The notes under the pieces were generated by a model. It searched no databases. It saw nothing but the letters and a program-made list of their open reading frames with translations, and was not told where the DNA came from. The translations under genes were made by a program, and so were the position numbers. 64,000 nt of DNA, taken from the IMG/VR virus record IMGVR_UViG_3300029288_000080, positions 32,001-96,000 of that record. One strand, written 5' to 3'. This stretch comes from a virus. Taxonomy: Duplodnaviria; Caudoviricetes. How positions within the stretch are numbered: position 1 is the stretch's first letter; each line of letters begins with the position of its first letter. Of this stretch, positions 19,801 to 29,417 are shown in pieces.

Positions 19801-20621
19801 AGTCACCTCACGTTTTTGACGTGACCCTCTTGACGGAACCGACCGAGACAGATGTGGCACTCCTGCGGGCCAAACTGACCAGGATCGTCAACGACAAGTC
19901 AATGCCCCGTTGTATCACGGTGGACAACGGAGAGCGGAACAACAGTTTCGCCCTGTGTGTCTCGCGCTATTACCCCGAACAGGACGGCATGCTGGTCGAA
20001 GAACTCGTGGAGTTGGCCCCGACTAAAACGGCATCGGTTGACCTGGCCTGGTGTTATAACGAACTGGTGGTCCCGCTGGTTAAGCAACTTCACTGCGTCC
20101 ATGTCGCGTACGACCGCTGGGAATCTGGCTACGCCGTCGCGGACCTCCGGACCAACTACAAGATCGACGCCCAACGGTACAGTCTCAAGTGGAAAGACTT
20201 TGAGATGTTCCGCGACGACCTTTGTGGCATGCGGGTTTTCATGGCCAAGCCGGAGGTTCCGTGGAAACAGGTCTTGACGGTCCCGTTGGCCGACAGAGCC
20301 CAGTGGCCCAGGGCCCATGCCCAAGCTCAACTCCTGACCGTGAGCGAACGAGCTAAGACGCTGTCAAAACCTACCAACGGCAATGACGACCTGTTCCGTA
20401 CGGTCGTGCTGGCCCACCATTTCATTTCCAAGTACCGCGAAGCCTACCGACACAACCAGCGGGTCGAGGGCAACAGGGCTGCTGACCGTCCCGTTGCCCT
20501 GTTCTTCGGTCGGTCAAGCCACGGGAGCGGGGCTGGTGGTGCTGGGCAACGTGGTCGTGGTCCTGGTGGTAGAAATCGCGGGCGCGGTCAGGGTGCCCCC
20601 ATGGGCCCCGGGGCCCTATAA
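16887..20621 (+). CDS. terL: Terminase large subunit with intein
   Basis: Walker A GQRSGKS, LRG, Walker B ALDE, coupling VSSP, nuclease ITVDNG...NDDL; sits upstream of the portal. Confidence 0.88.
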   Translation: MKRRRAIDLDDLTVAPGPTASPEPVATPDQDSFDQDVVNALPTKVQDDIDFGEEIRDDSGLPDPVAMVRQAIAADLDSSVFSGQQFPEAPNCVEWCRGHQWLNYETDLFARQIQVLVKFFEDACYFCSDVEYIHDARVDDSPANALSHYSLLQRGVCPNCKRNRTEILTDWIKDPRYGKFNRWDPCVEPRPVPPNELVGIWGQRSGKSITTASFIWTYILHRLLAMPNPSRYYRLATNGVLQASFVSPTRGQGKENLWDPFLNAFDASPWFKQVVQYLKQESKRLGLMLYHRQQTFLVFPGKRLAAHVQAANNVTLRGATRVFCLPGNTLVNTDHGLLSLRQGDDLLDSKVYLGGHLHDVVGHTKVGKKQVMRLGLRWGYSLESTPEHRVRVLNPDLTVVWKRAGEINLGDYVAVALGAKFPDHLPLTYVPKRAPKRILRAYEYIDQHKDLFYAKDLQAYAGVKHIYSITKKLMRRGVIRKEFIKGGERNSGCRFMATETFNLAELSRELLNHKFKDRDNAVFPSEMTEDMGYLLGYYVSEGSFAENAIEFTFTNTDMQVMNHFVACYTRVFGVIPRITQFMPSKGKKMGYKASVAYAVIKDFLRYVGMAPSTAPTKSVPWAILQAPRRVVLAFLSAYIEGDGCSSGGVIRMASCSKKLLQQIQLLLLNLKIVSSLTKSRKRKPGRSREHNALYQLGLNKLASTQLAKHLSCVTKCKNVSTVFYNMRHDAYKIPFLHPYFGNVMYGKSSVYYSAYVRSSLNKVSENHALRCLEMEDPELCGRAKALVDTGVVWIPVTEIKNLGIKTVYDLAVDSADHAFVGSGVVVHNSALDELGHFSFASNGTKRASIHDGTEVFTSLTNSLRTIRSAAESRRDQLGDYHALDGYMVNVSSPLDIGDPIEQRAAIADKSFRMYFTRYPTWEVNPKENENLIREEFAGSPVTFTRDFGAQPQRAANPFIQDEKIVDVTTVEKSPHVFDVTLLTEPTETDVALLRAKLTRIVNDKSMPRCITVDNGERNNSFALCVSRYYPEQDGMLVEELVELAPTKTASVDLAWCYNELVVPLVKQLHCVHVAYDRWESGYAVADLRTNYKIDAQRYSLKWKDFEMFRDDLCGMRVFMAKPEVPWKQVLTVPLADRAQWPRAHAQAQLLTVSERAKTLSKPTNGNDDLFRTVVLAHHFISKYREAYRHNQRVEGNRAADRPVALFFGRSSHGSGAGGAGQRGRGPGGRNRGRGQGAPMGPGAL
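17856..19370 (+). mobile_element. Intein (505 aa) with LAGLIDADG homing endonuclease
   Basis: Starts CLPGNTLV, block B TPEH, LGYYVSEGS and LSAYIEGDG motifs, ends VYDL...VVHN followed by Ser; lower GC than the extein. Confidence 0.92.
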
Positions 20622-20633
20622 GGAAGATCAAAA

Positions 20634-21014
20634 ATGTCTATTTATGACGACGTTCGTGCCGCTGCCGAGAAGTCTGGTGTGCAACTTGATCAAGGTGGAG
20701 TCTACCGGGTGGCCGGAACCCTCCGGACCGCCTACGGGGAAACCGCCACGTTCGACACCATCATGCAGGAAGTCCTCAATGCAGCCAACCGGGCCAAGCA
20801 GCAGCCCGTAGCCCCGGTCCAGCAGGTCCAGAGCGACGTGGTGGTTCAGGTGCCCCAGGGGGCCGAAGACGGCAGCCAGATTGCCTACAGCAACCTGGAC
20901 ACCGCGCTGGCCCGGGGGATTTGTCCGCGGTGCAGCAAGGCCCTCAAGAACGTCAAGCTCGCGGACTACACGGAAGCCCGGCATTGCGTGGATTGTCGCA
21001 TTACCCTTTGGTAG
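20634..21014 (+). CDS. Zn-ribbon hypothetical protein
   Basis: CPRC...CVDC at C-terminus; lies between terL and portal. Confidence 0.65.
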   Translation: MSIYDDVRAAAEKSGVQLDQGGVYRVAGTLRTAYGETATFDTIMQEVLNAANRAKQQPVAPVQQVQSDVVVQVPQGAEDGSQIAYSNLDTALARGICPRCSKALKNVKLADYTEARHCVDCRITLW

Positions 21015-21061
21015 ACCAGTCCTGACTTGTAAAATACCACAGGAATACTTAGAGGTGGCAA

Positions 21062-23335
21062 GTGTTTAGACCGCCCAGATATGACTACACCACGGGGCTA
21101 TACCGATTCCCGCAACAGCGGAAGGTCGGGGTGTACAAGCAGCCCCCGAGGGTGCCGGCGGCTCTGCGCCGTGCCTCCATGGATCCGTACTCAGGGATCT
21201 CTGGTTCATTGGGTGGAAACCGCCAGGTCTACACCCCGATGTACGAGAGAGCCGAAGCCCCCACATTGGTAGAGGATTTCCTCCCGACCGACATCAAGAC
21301 CCAGAACAAGATCTTCCGCAACATCCTCCAGTACGACGCGATCGCAGGGCCCGCCACGGAATATTGGTGTAGCATGGCGTTCTCCCGGAACGTCATCCTG
21401 AGCGACATTGACGACCCGACCGTCATGCACCTCTACGAGGATGCCACGACGGCCTGCGGGATTATTCCTGAGTTTCCGTTGCTGCTCCATGACTACCTGA
21501 CGATCGGGCGGTTTGTCTTTTTCATGCAACCGGACAAGCGCCTGGGCTACTGGGTGGACCACAAGGTCCTGGACCCCGATTTCGTCCGGATCAAGGTGCC
21601 GCCGTTCCGGTCCATGGCCCCGATGATCGACTGGCAGCCCAGTAGTGACGAGCGCGACTGGGCCCTGTCGGACGACCCCCGGGCCATGGAACAGCGGGCC
21701 ACGACCGACCCGATGGTTTTGCGCGCTATGATCGCGGGGGAATCGGTTCCGCTGGACCACGAGGACACGGTTTTCCTTCCTCGCCAGCAGCACGCGACCG
21801 ACCAGTACGGCACCAGTTATCTGTGCCGGATCCTTCCGTTCAAGATCTACGAGAAGGCCATCATGGACGCCAGCATCGCGGGGGCCAGGCGCCGCGCTGG
21901 TCCCGTGTGGCTTGCGACAGTTCCCGAGGACTACACGGCCGGCGAAATCTCCGAGATTATTGACCAGATGTTTGCCGCGGAAGACGACCCCGTGGGCGGC
22001 AAGCTCGCGTTCCGCAATGGCGTGACCCTCACGGAAGTGGGGTCCAAGGATTCCGTTGTGAACATCCGGGACGACTGGGACTTCCTCACGCAAGCGAAGA
22101 TGCGGGCCCTTGGACTTAGTGAAAATATATTGACAGGTGAAACTAACTTCAATACCATGGATAAGATCCTGTCGGCGTTCCTGGAGAAACTCCGGGCGGT
22201 CCGGGAGTTGTTCACCCGCCGGATCCTGACCGACAAGATCTACAAGACCTTGGCGAAACGCCACAAGTTCATCAAGCGGACCCAGGCAGAACTGAGCCAC
22301 CGGATCCGCATTTCCGGCAAGCACCACGACGAGTCCAACCTGTTGCTCCCAACGGTCGAGTGGGACCGCCCGCTCGAGCCCACGGCCGACCGGGACTACT
22401 GGGACATGCTGGTGCAGCTCGAGGAGAAGGGCATCCCGGTCCAGATCCGAAAATGGGCTCAAGCGGCCGGCTACGACTTCAAGGCTTTACTTCAGAACCA
22501 GAAGTCCGAGTTGAGCGACCGCGCCCAGATCTACGGGTTGCGCCAGGCTTTGGACAAGCAGCGGAAGCAATATGGGTTTGACGAGGAAGGTGGCATCGGT
22601 GGTGGTGGGGCTGGATTCGGTGGTGAGGCTCCTGGCGGCCTGGACCTCGGTGGCCCGGAAACAGGTGGCCTTGGTGAACCCGGGGGTGCTGGTGGCGGCT
22701 TGGACCTCGGGGCAGAACCTCTGGGTGGTGGCGGGGCCGGTGGCACCCCTGCGGAGCCCACGGCTGCACCAGCGGCGTCCGAGACCACGGCACCGCCCCC
22801 AGGCGGGCCCGCTGGTGCCGGGGCATCCCTGCTGAACCCTCGGTTCCAGGTGGTGGGGCCGCCCCAGCGGTATCGTCGGGCTTCGGTTTATTCAGCCAAG
22901 CCGTACGATCTGGAAATCGAAATCTCCAAGATCCCGATCTGGGAGAATGACATGACGGTCGCGTCGCTGCCCCGTAGACGCGTCGCCCAAATGGTCGAGG
23001 ATCTGGTTCATCAGGACCCCAACGACCGGCAAGGCCGCGAGTTCTACGCGACGATGAAACGGCGCCATGGATTCACGAACCTCCAGGCCGACGTGATCCA
23101 GTATTGTGCGGCTCGCGTCGGGGTTGTCCAAGCCCCTACCATGGCCGAGGAATCCGTGGATTTCCTCCAGCGGGTCCTGGCTGCTCAGGCCGAAAAGGGC
23201 CTGACCCCTGCGGTGGATCGAGAACTGGATTTCCTGGGCCACGTGGCCCATCGGGAATCCCAGGACATCGGGTTCAAGAACATGACCAGCAGGGCTGTCC
23301 CGGCCGACAAGTTGCTCACTGGCCTGACCGAATAA
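21062..23335 (+). CDS. Portal protein
   Basis: Position after terL, YGTSYL motif, AKMRALG region, Gly/Pro-rich C-terminal linker. Confidence 0.75.
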   Translation: MFRPPRYDYTTGLYRFPQQRKVGVYKQPPRVPAALRRASMDPYSGISGSLGGNRQVYTPMYERAEAPTLVEDFLPTDIKTQNKIFRNILQYDAIAGPATEYWCSMAFSRNVILSDIDDPTVMHLYEDATTACGIIPEFPLLLHDYLTIGRFVFFMQPDKRLGYWVDHKVLDPDFVRIKVPPFRSMAPMIDWQPSSDERDWALSDDPRAMEQRATTDPMVLRAMIAGESVPLDHEDTVFLPRQQHATDQYGTSYLCRILPFKIYEKAIMDASIAGARRRAGPVWLATVPEDYTAGEISEIIDQMFAAEDDPVGGKLAFRNGVTLTEVGSKDSVVNIRDDWDFLTQAKMRALGLSENILTGETNFNTMDKILSAFLEKLRAVRELFTRRILTDKIYKTLAKRHKFIKRTQAELSHRIRISGKHHDESNLLLPTVEWDRPLEPTADRDYWDMLVQLEEKGIPVQIRKWAQAAGYDFKALLQNQKSELSDRAQIYGLRQALDKQRKQYGFDEEGGIGGGGAGFGGEAPGGLDLGGPETGGLGEPGGAGGGLDLGAEPLGGGGAGGTPAEPTAAPAASETTAPPPGGPAGAGASLLNPRFQVVGPPQRYRRASVYSAKPYDLEIEISKIPIWENDMTVASLPRRRVAQMVEDLVHQDPNDRQGREFYATMKRRHGFTNLQADVIQYCAARVGVVQAPTMAEESVDFLQRVLAAQAEKGLTPAVDRELDFLGHVAHRESQDIGFKNMTSRAVPADKLLTGLTE

Positions 23336-23376
23336 CGAAATGGCTTGACTGCTGAACCCCCTTGGGGTACAAATGT

Positions 23377-23583
23377 ATGGAGGCCATGATGCCACGTAAA
23401 ATCCGCAAAGTCGCTGTGCAACATCAAGAAGAGCGACCATCCGGTCTGGACCTCTGGGATCCTGACCTGTCGTTGGCCGACAACATCGTGCTGAACGACC
23501 GTGCCGCGACCCCCAAGGACCAGTACATCGACGACGTTGACGCGATGGTTCGTCGTCTGCTTCCTGATTTCCAGACCCCGTAG
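23377..23583 (+). CDS. small acidic protein, possible antitoxin for the downstream RelE domain
   Basis: RBS GGAGG; preceded by TTGACT-17-TACAAA; directly upstream of the RelE-like domain. Confidence 0.45.
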   Translation: MEAMMPRKIRKVAVQHQEERPSGLDLWDPDLSLADNIVLNDRAATPKDQYIDDVDAMVRRLLPDFQTP

Positions 23584-23625
23584 TCCTGCCCCCTTCAATA
23601 TTTTGTCGTGTCGGAGTACCGTGTA

Positions 23626-26034
23626 ATGCCCACGCCGCAGCGTCGCAGACATTCGGCCACCCTGTACAAGCTGGTTCGCCATCCTGAGTTTGAGCACGAT
23701 TTGCAGAAAATCGGGCACAATAGCGTGTTGACCAAAATGGTGGTCACGTTTATGCAACTGCAGGACGACCCACGTCCCATGGGGTACATTCAGTTGCGTG
23801 GCTTCCGTCAAGTCTGGTACAGGGTGGTCGTGGGGGATTACCGGCTCGTGTATCAAGTGGACGACACCGCCCACACGGTGTACTTGGCGCTTGCGGTGGA
23901 CCGAAAGCAGGTGTACCCACAATTGAAGCGGCGCATCAAAAACGCCATGCTGCAGTACCGAGGACACCGGTACCGTGTCGCCCAGGTGGAGCGTCGGGCT
24001 GCCAAGATCGTGATGTACCACGGGACCTCTTCGGCCCATTTGCCATCGATCCTGAAGCATGGGCTCAGGGCTGATCCCGGCCACCGTCGGTTCACCCTGG
24101 ACAGTAAAAATTTCGACCCCGAGCACGCAACTTACGGGGGCGCCTATCTGACCCCATGGATCCGGGAAGCCCAGAAGTTTGCTTCTGACGCAGTCGACGA
24201 CCAAACTGGTGCGGACCCACTGCTTTGCGTTGTCCAGGTGGAAACCAGGGCCGAGATGATTGTGCCTGACGAGGACCATTTTATCTCGCTGACCGACCCA
24301 TTCGTTTTGGAAATCCAGTGGGCCCTTGGACCCGACGCCACCATGCTGGATCTGCTCGTGGCGGTTCGAGACGGCACTGTAGACCTGGCTGATTGGGTAG
24401 CCCCGTGGATCGCAGCGCTGAAGAGTGATGAGGGTACCCGCAACATCGTGGTGGATCCTGAAGTATTATTGCGTCACAAAACTGAGATGGTCGGGTTGCT
24501 CGTCCTGATGGTGCAGTACCGGGTGGCCCAGTGGCCCACCCAAGATCCTGCTCGGCAGAAAATCCGTGCTGACCTGGGGGTACCGGATAAGGCCACGGCC
24601 CGTCAGCAGTTTGTTGAGGCGTTGGACCGTTTTTCCCGAAAAATCCAGAGGCTCACGGACCCCCAAGGGGCCAAGAGCAAAAGCGTCAGGTCACTCCAGG
24701 ATATTGGATTCCGCGGGGCCAACCGGATCCTTGGGATTTTGAAGTACAGGCTGGACTGGGATACCCTGGCTGGCGTCGTGGTCATGGGGGAACAGAATCC
24801 CAACGTCTTGGCCGCCGTCAAGGCCCTGTACCCGACCAAACCCTCGATCCAGTGGCAGGACCGCACAGGACAGGTCATTTTCCAGAAGCCCGCGGCCAAG
24901 GCTGCGGCCCGCCTGGCCTACCCTGTTGCTGCCCCCAACTGGGCAATGGAAAAACGTCGTATCACCGCAGCGATCCAGCGGCTCCGTGGAGTCGTCGAGG
25001 CTTGTGCTCCGTTGTTGCGAGATAGCCCCCAGGCAGAAAACATCCGTGATTATCTGGGAAACAACGCGACCGTACACGCCGAGCAAATCGCCGGGGTCCT
25101 GGGCTATTTGGAGAAGCCTACCCGCGGGCTGCTGGAGCGACTGGACCTCGGGGGTACTTTCCACCAGATCCAGGACCATTTGGATCTGTACCGCGAAAAA
25201 ATGGACGTGGTGGACCACGTCGTCCAGGACTACCAAAAAGAGTTGCAGCGTAGTGGTGCCGACGATTACTCTCAGGAAGACCTGGACCACCGGTACAACT
25301 TCACCCAGGACGTTAAACCGATCCTCATGGCCCTGGAGATGGTCCCGGGGATTCTGCAGGATTTTCGTAGATTTATCCAGTATGTCGACACTGATGCTCG
25401 CTACTTTGACCACGCCAACAAGGTGGCCCCGATGGGCGGTCGCCACGATGTAGTCCCGCCTGGTGTTGCTCCGGTCGAGATCATGTGGCACGCCACCACG
25501 GCGTATCGAGAAATCATGTCCGGTGGATTCAAAACCAAAGATGAACTGGGTGGCAAGGCCGCAGGGTTAGGTGGTGCGGTGGAAGGCATTAGTTTCACCG
25601 GGAGCCAGGAAATCGCCGAGGGGATCGCCGCGGCCCTGGTGGACCTGGTGAGGTTGCTCCGGGGTGACCTGACCCGCGAGGCTCTGGAGCAGTACGGGGC
25701 ATCCTTGGGGCTGGACGCCGCTACGGTCACCACGGCCTACCATAATGCTGTAGGTTCCAAAGCCAACCAGAATCCACTGGATGCGTTCAACTTCTACCAG
25801 GCGTTTCAACACATCTTGAGCCAGGCTGGGTATCAAGGACTTCGGTACGACCCGCTATTTTTCGGGATTGACCCAGCGGTCATGGCTCAGGTGGATCCCA
25901 AGAACATCGGGGTCATTGAAGCCAAGATTGACACGACCCAGGCCCATCGGTATCTCCGGTCCATGGAGGAATGGCGGGTGCCGAAATCCGCCATCCTGTC
26001 ATTCGGGCCCGTGGGCTCCCAGGTGCAACCGTGA
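23626..26034 (+). CDS. Polyvalent protein: RelE/ParE-like + ART-like + helical + ART-like
   Basis: RelE-like DPRP.G...YRVVVGDYRLVYQVDD; ART YHGTS...ILKHGL...AYLT; second WHAT...GFKT...ISFT...EEWRV. Confidence 0.7.
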   Translation: MPTPQRRRHSATLYKLVRHPEFEHDLQKIGHNSVLTKMVVTFMQLQDDPRPMGYIQLRGFRQVWYRVVVGDYRLVYQVDDTAHTVYLALAVDRKQVYPQLKRRIKNAMLQYRGHRYRVAQVERRAAKIVMYHGTSSAHLPSILKHGLRADPGHRRFTLDSKNFDPEHATYGGAYLTPWIREAQKFASDAVDDQTGADPLLCVVQVETRAEMIVPDEDHFISLTDPFVLEIQWALGPDATMLDLLVAVRDGTVDLADWVAPWIAALKSDEGTRNIVVDPEVLLRHKTEMVGLLVLMVQYRVAQWPTQDPARQKIRADLGVPDKATARQQFVEALDRFSRKIQRLTDPQGAKSKSVRSLQDIGFRGANRILGILKYRLDWDTLAGVVVMGEQNPNVLAAVKALYPTKPSIQWQDRTGQVIFQKPAAKAAARLAYPVAAPNWAMEKRRITAAIQRLRGVVEACAPLLRDSPQAENIRDYLGNNATVHAEQIAGVLGYLEKPTRGLLERLDLGGTFHQIQDHLDLYREKMDVVDHVVQDYQKELQRSGADDYSQEDLDHRYNFTQDVKPILMALEMVPGILQDFRRFIQYVDTDARYFDHANKVAPMGGRHDVVPPGVAPVEIMWHATTAYREIMSGGFKTKDELGGKAAGLGGAVEGISFTGSQEIAEGIAAALVDLVRLLRGDLTREALEQYGASLGLDAATVTTAYHNAVGSKANQNPLDAFNFYQAFQHILSQAGYQGLRYDPLFFGIDPAVMAQVDPKNIGVIEAKIDTTQAHRYLRSMEEWRVPKSAILSFGPVGSQVQP

Positions 26035-28052
26035 GCCACGACAAGGCCAACCTGACCTTCATGAACGAAGCGGTGGACCACTACGCTGGCCAGACCAACC
26101 TGGTCCTGACGGCCTACCAAGATCGCGTTGCCGTGGGGTCCATAGAATACACCGAATACCACGGGGTCCCCAGCATCTCGATGGTGACGGTCCGGCCTCA
26201 ATATCGTCGCCAAGGCATCGCGACTCAAATGCTTCGCTGGTTGCAACGGCAATACCCCGATGTCGAAATCGGAGGTCAGGACAACCTGACCGACCTGGGG
26301 GCCCAGTGGAGCCAGAATATTGCCTGGCAGGATCGACCTAATCCACGGTACCAAGAGTTGACCGAAGAAAAGGCCCAGTTGGAAGCCGAGGCCGACCGTT
26401 TAATGGCGGTGTTTGACCAGGGATCGGTGCCTAAAAACCAGTTGAACCAGCTCGGCGACGATATGAACCGGGTGCATGATCGGCTTTATCAGATCGAGGA
26501 GGAACTCCACGGGATGAAACCTGCCCGGCGTATTTTCACCGGGGCCACAGTGGAGCAACTGGACCAGCTATTTCCCCGGGCGGGCAAGCAGGTGGACGGT
26601 CGCGATGTTCGCCTCGGCCCTGTGGACAACACCGGGTCCATCGCGGCGTCGTTCAACGACTACGAAGTGCTGCCCGGTGTTAGAGAAATCCCCATGGGGT
26701 TGTTCGGTGATGCTCTGGACCCCTACAAATCCTACTACGCCAAAAACGATATTGAACGTTGCGAGGAACTGGCCGAAAAGATCAAAGATTCGGGCGAAAT
26801 ATCGCCCCTGATCATCGTGGTGGACCATGAAGGCTCCGAAGCCCCGTACATCCTGGAGGGTGGGCACCGAGGTTCGGCACTCTGGCTCCTGGGGGCCAAG
26901 TCATTCCCGGCTCTGGTTGTGCTGGACCAGGACGAAGTTGAAGACGACGTGGTCAAGACTGCCCAGACGGAACGCCACGCCTACCTATACAGTGCGGCGG
27001 CCAAACGGTACCTGTACCACGTGACCCCGTATCAAAACCTTCAGGATATTGCAGAGTATGGACTAAAGCCCCACACCAGTTACGTGCAAAAAGGCAAGGG
27101 TGTGTACCTCACGGAGGTCGCTGGTCTCCCAGCTTGGTGGCGCTGGGCTTACGACCGGTCTGGGTCCACGGTAGACTCGGTCACGAAAGAACATGTTTTT
27201 CTTGGTGCTGTGGTACTCAGGACCCCACTGCTCAGTCGCGCCGACCAGTTGAAACTGGACAAAATGGGCACTTGCGATGCTGAGGAGGAAGCTACTGCAC
27301 CTAATAATCTGAGAAGGTTTTTCAATCCTGAGCGAGTTCTGCCCAAGCAAACCGCATGTTCTCCAGAACACCAACGGCGTTACAACGAGTTGGTCAAGCA
27401 GTTGACCGACAAGGCCAAGGCATACCGGCACCGTGGGACAGTTCCACCCCAAGACCTACAGGTCTGGACCGGTACCCGCTGGACCAATGTGGTCAACTGG
27501 ACCAACGTGAAAGTCCCGTACAAGATCAAGGATTTGTTTGAATCGTTGGCAGCCAAGACCATGTACGACAAAAAGACTCTGCAGAAAACAGCCGAACCAC
27601 TTTTTGACGAAGGTTTCGTGGGGAACCGCTGGGGCAGCCAAGGTGCCGGCCTGCTCCTGACCACGGGCGAAAAGGTCCTGCTGTTACTCCGGAGCGACGA
27701 GGTCGAGGAACCCGGGACCTGGGGGATTTCTGGCGGGGCGGTCAGGCGTGACTCCGACACGGGCGACTTCCAGGACCTCAAGCAGGCCGCCCTCCAGGAA
27801 GCCCGCGAGGAAATGGGCCGGGTGCCACCCCATCGAATCGTTGGCCAATGGGTCTACCAGGAAGGTCGGTTCCGCTACACCACATTCGTCGGGATGGTTG
27901 ACCCCGAGGTTCTGGATCAATGGGAACCCAGGCTGAATTGGGAAAATGACGATTATGGCTGGTTCACACAAGATGAACTGGCCGACCTGGACCTGCATTT
28001 CGGCGTCGTGGCGCTCCTGGACGCTCGCCCCGATTTGGTATTCAAGGAATAG
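26031..28052 (+). CDS. Polyvalent protein: GNAT + ParB-like + ART-like + Nudix
   Basis: PQYRRQGIA (acetyl-CoA motif A); PLIIV...ILEGGHR (ParB/Srx); YLYHVT...IAEYGL...GVYLT; WGISGG...AALQEAREEMG (Nudix box). Confidence 0.78.
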   Translation: MSHDKANLTFMNEAVDHYAGQTNLVLTAYQDRVAVGSIEYTEYHGVPSISMVTVRPQYRRQGIATQMLRWLQRQYPDVEIGGQDNLTDLGAQWSQNIAWQDRPNPRYQELTEEKAQLEAEADRLMAVFDQGSVPKNQLNQLGDDMNRVHDRLYQIEEELHGMKPARRIFTGATVEQLDQLFPRAGKQVDGRDVRLGPVDNTGSIAASFNDYEVLPGVREIPMGLFGDALDPYKSYYAKNDIERCEELAEKIKDSGEISPLIIVVDHEGSEAPYILEGGHRGSALWLLGAKSFPALVVLDQDEVEDDVVKTAQTERHAYLYSAAAKRYLYHVTPYQNLQDIAEYGLKPHTSYVQKGKGVYLTEVAGLPAWWRWAYDRSGSTVDSVTKEHVFLGAVVLRTPLLSRADQLKLDKMGTCDAEEEATAPNNLRRFFNPERVLPKQTACSPEHQRRYNELVKQLTDKAKAYRHRGTVPPQDLQVWTGTRWTNVVNWTNVKVPYKIKDLFESLAAKTMYDKKTLQKTAEPLFDEGFVGNRWGSQGAGLLLTTGEKVLLLLRSDEVEEPGTWGISGGAVRRDSDTGDFQDLKQAALQEAREEMGRVPPHRIVGQWVYQEGRFRYTTFVGMVDPEVLDQWEPRLNWENDDYGWFTQDELADLDLHFGVVALLDARPDLVFKE

Positions 28053-28058
28053 GCAATC

Positions 28059-28505
28059 ATGTTGCTGCGATACAAGGGTGCTGTATACCAGGCGGTGAGC
28101 CAGGGTGCTCCTACCAGAACTGCGGCCACTCGACAAGCACGATTCTTTACTGTGGACGAAATGCGTGCTTTTGGTAGGAAGTCTCCCTACAGCGTGAAGA
28201 TTTTGATGAAGGCCAGGGAAGGTTTGCGCCCATTGGGATTTTTAGGCATGACCTGCCAGCAAGAATATTGCTCCACTGACGCTGATTTTGCAGATGAGGC
28301 AACGGCCAAGACTGTCCACTATAAGGCGGCTGGGGTGCTCCACGCCGTGATGAGCCATTACGGCGAAGTCGCGAAGACACAAGATGGCAACAGCGTTGTT
28401 TTGCGCGTGGAGGCATCCGGCGTGGAAGCCACTGTCTCGTGGTCACGGGCCCGCTGTATGTGCGAAAATCCTTGGCATGTCACGGTCGTGTGCTACTGCG
28501 TTTAA
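28059..28505 (+). CDS. hypothetical protein with LRYKGAVY leader
   Basis: Shared N-terminal motif followed by RTAA. Confidence 0.6.
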   Translation: MLLRYKGAVYQAVSQGAPTRTAATRQARFFTVDEMRAFGRKSPYSVKILMKAREGLRPLGFLGMTCQQEYCSTDADFADEATAKTVHYKAAGVLHAVMSHYGEVAKTQDGNSVVLRVEASGVEATVSWSRARCMCENPWHVTVVCYCV

Positions 28506-28531
28506 ACAGTGACAAGAAAGTTGGTGAAGTC

Positions 28532-29392
28532 ATGACCACCACGATCACCTTGGCTATCATGTTGGCGGTTTTCACTGGGGTGTTGTACGGGATTAAACGC
28601 TGGTGGCACCCTGGGGACCCCGCCGATATTCCCTTGGCCCACGTCGCCACCATGGGGATGGTGGCCGGTGTCTTGGCGGTCCTGGTGGGGTTCGGGTTCC
28701 TGTACCTGAGTTTCCAGTCGGCCCCGGTGCACCCGGCTGTCCAGCAAGCAATACAGGTCAAACCTGTGGTGTTCCGAGGGGTCACCCGGCGGGACGTCGT
28801 GGTCCAGTATCCTGGTGTCAGGGTCGTGGTCGACGACAGCGACCCCGGGGCCCCGCCGGTTGAGAATCTGCTGCTCCGGTGTCCTGCTCAAGACATTACC
28901 CACGTGCAACCTGACGGCTCGGTCCAGTGCGTCCAGGAGGGTACCGTAGCCGCCAGGGCGCTGTTGAGCCGGGGCCAAGATCTCCAGGATGTCCGAGATG
29001 CCACTCCATCGGTTCAAATCCAGGGATTCCTAACGACGGCCCCGGCCCAGGTCGCCACCGACGTGGCAGCCAGGAAGCCCATGGACCGGTACGCCGAGGT
29101 CGTCTATTTTGTCCTGACGTTCCTGGGGGTGCTGCTCCGGCTCTACTGGGATGTCGTGCAAGCCCCGAAAACGGGACGACGTCGTGCCACCCTGCTGGCT
29201 CCCCAGACCCTGGTGACCAGTCTCGTGCTGGCCATCGCGACCTATGCCATGATCATCCAGAGTGGCTTGGCCGGGACTAGCGACCTCTTGACGTTCAAGA
29301 CCGGGATTTTTGCTGTGTATAATGGCCTGCTTTCAAAATCTTTCCTGGACTTGGCAACATTGAAAACTGCCGCGACCCCCGCGAACCCGTAG
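28532..29392 (+). CDS. multi-pass membrane protein
   Basis: About 4-5 hydrophobic segments. Confidence 0.65.
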   Translation: MTTTITLAIMLAVFTGVLYGIKRWWHPGDPADIPLAHVATMGMVAGVLAVLVGFGFLYLSFQSAPVHPAVQQAIQVKPVVFRGVTRRDVVVQYPGVRVVVDDSDPGAPPVENLLLRCPAQDITHVQPDGSVQCVQEGTVAARALLSRGQDLQDVRDATPSVQIQGFLTTAPAQVATDVAARKPMDRYAEVVYFVLTFLGVLLRLYWDVVQAPKTGRRRATLLAPQTLVTSLVLAIATYAMIIQSGLAGTSDLLTFKTGIFAVYNGLLSKSFLDLATLKTAATPANP

Positions 29393-29417
29393 TAAGTACC
29401 TGGATACGAGGATTACG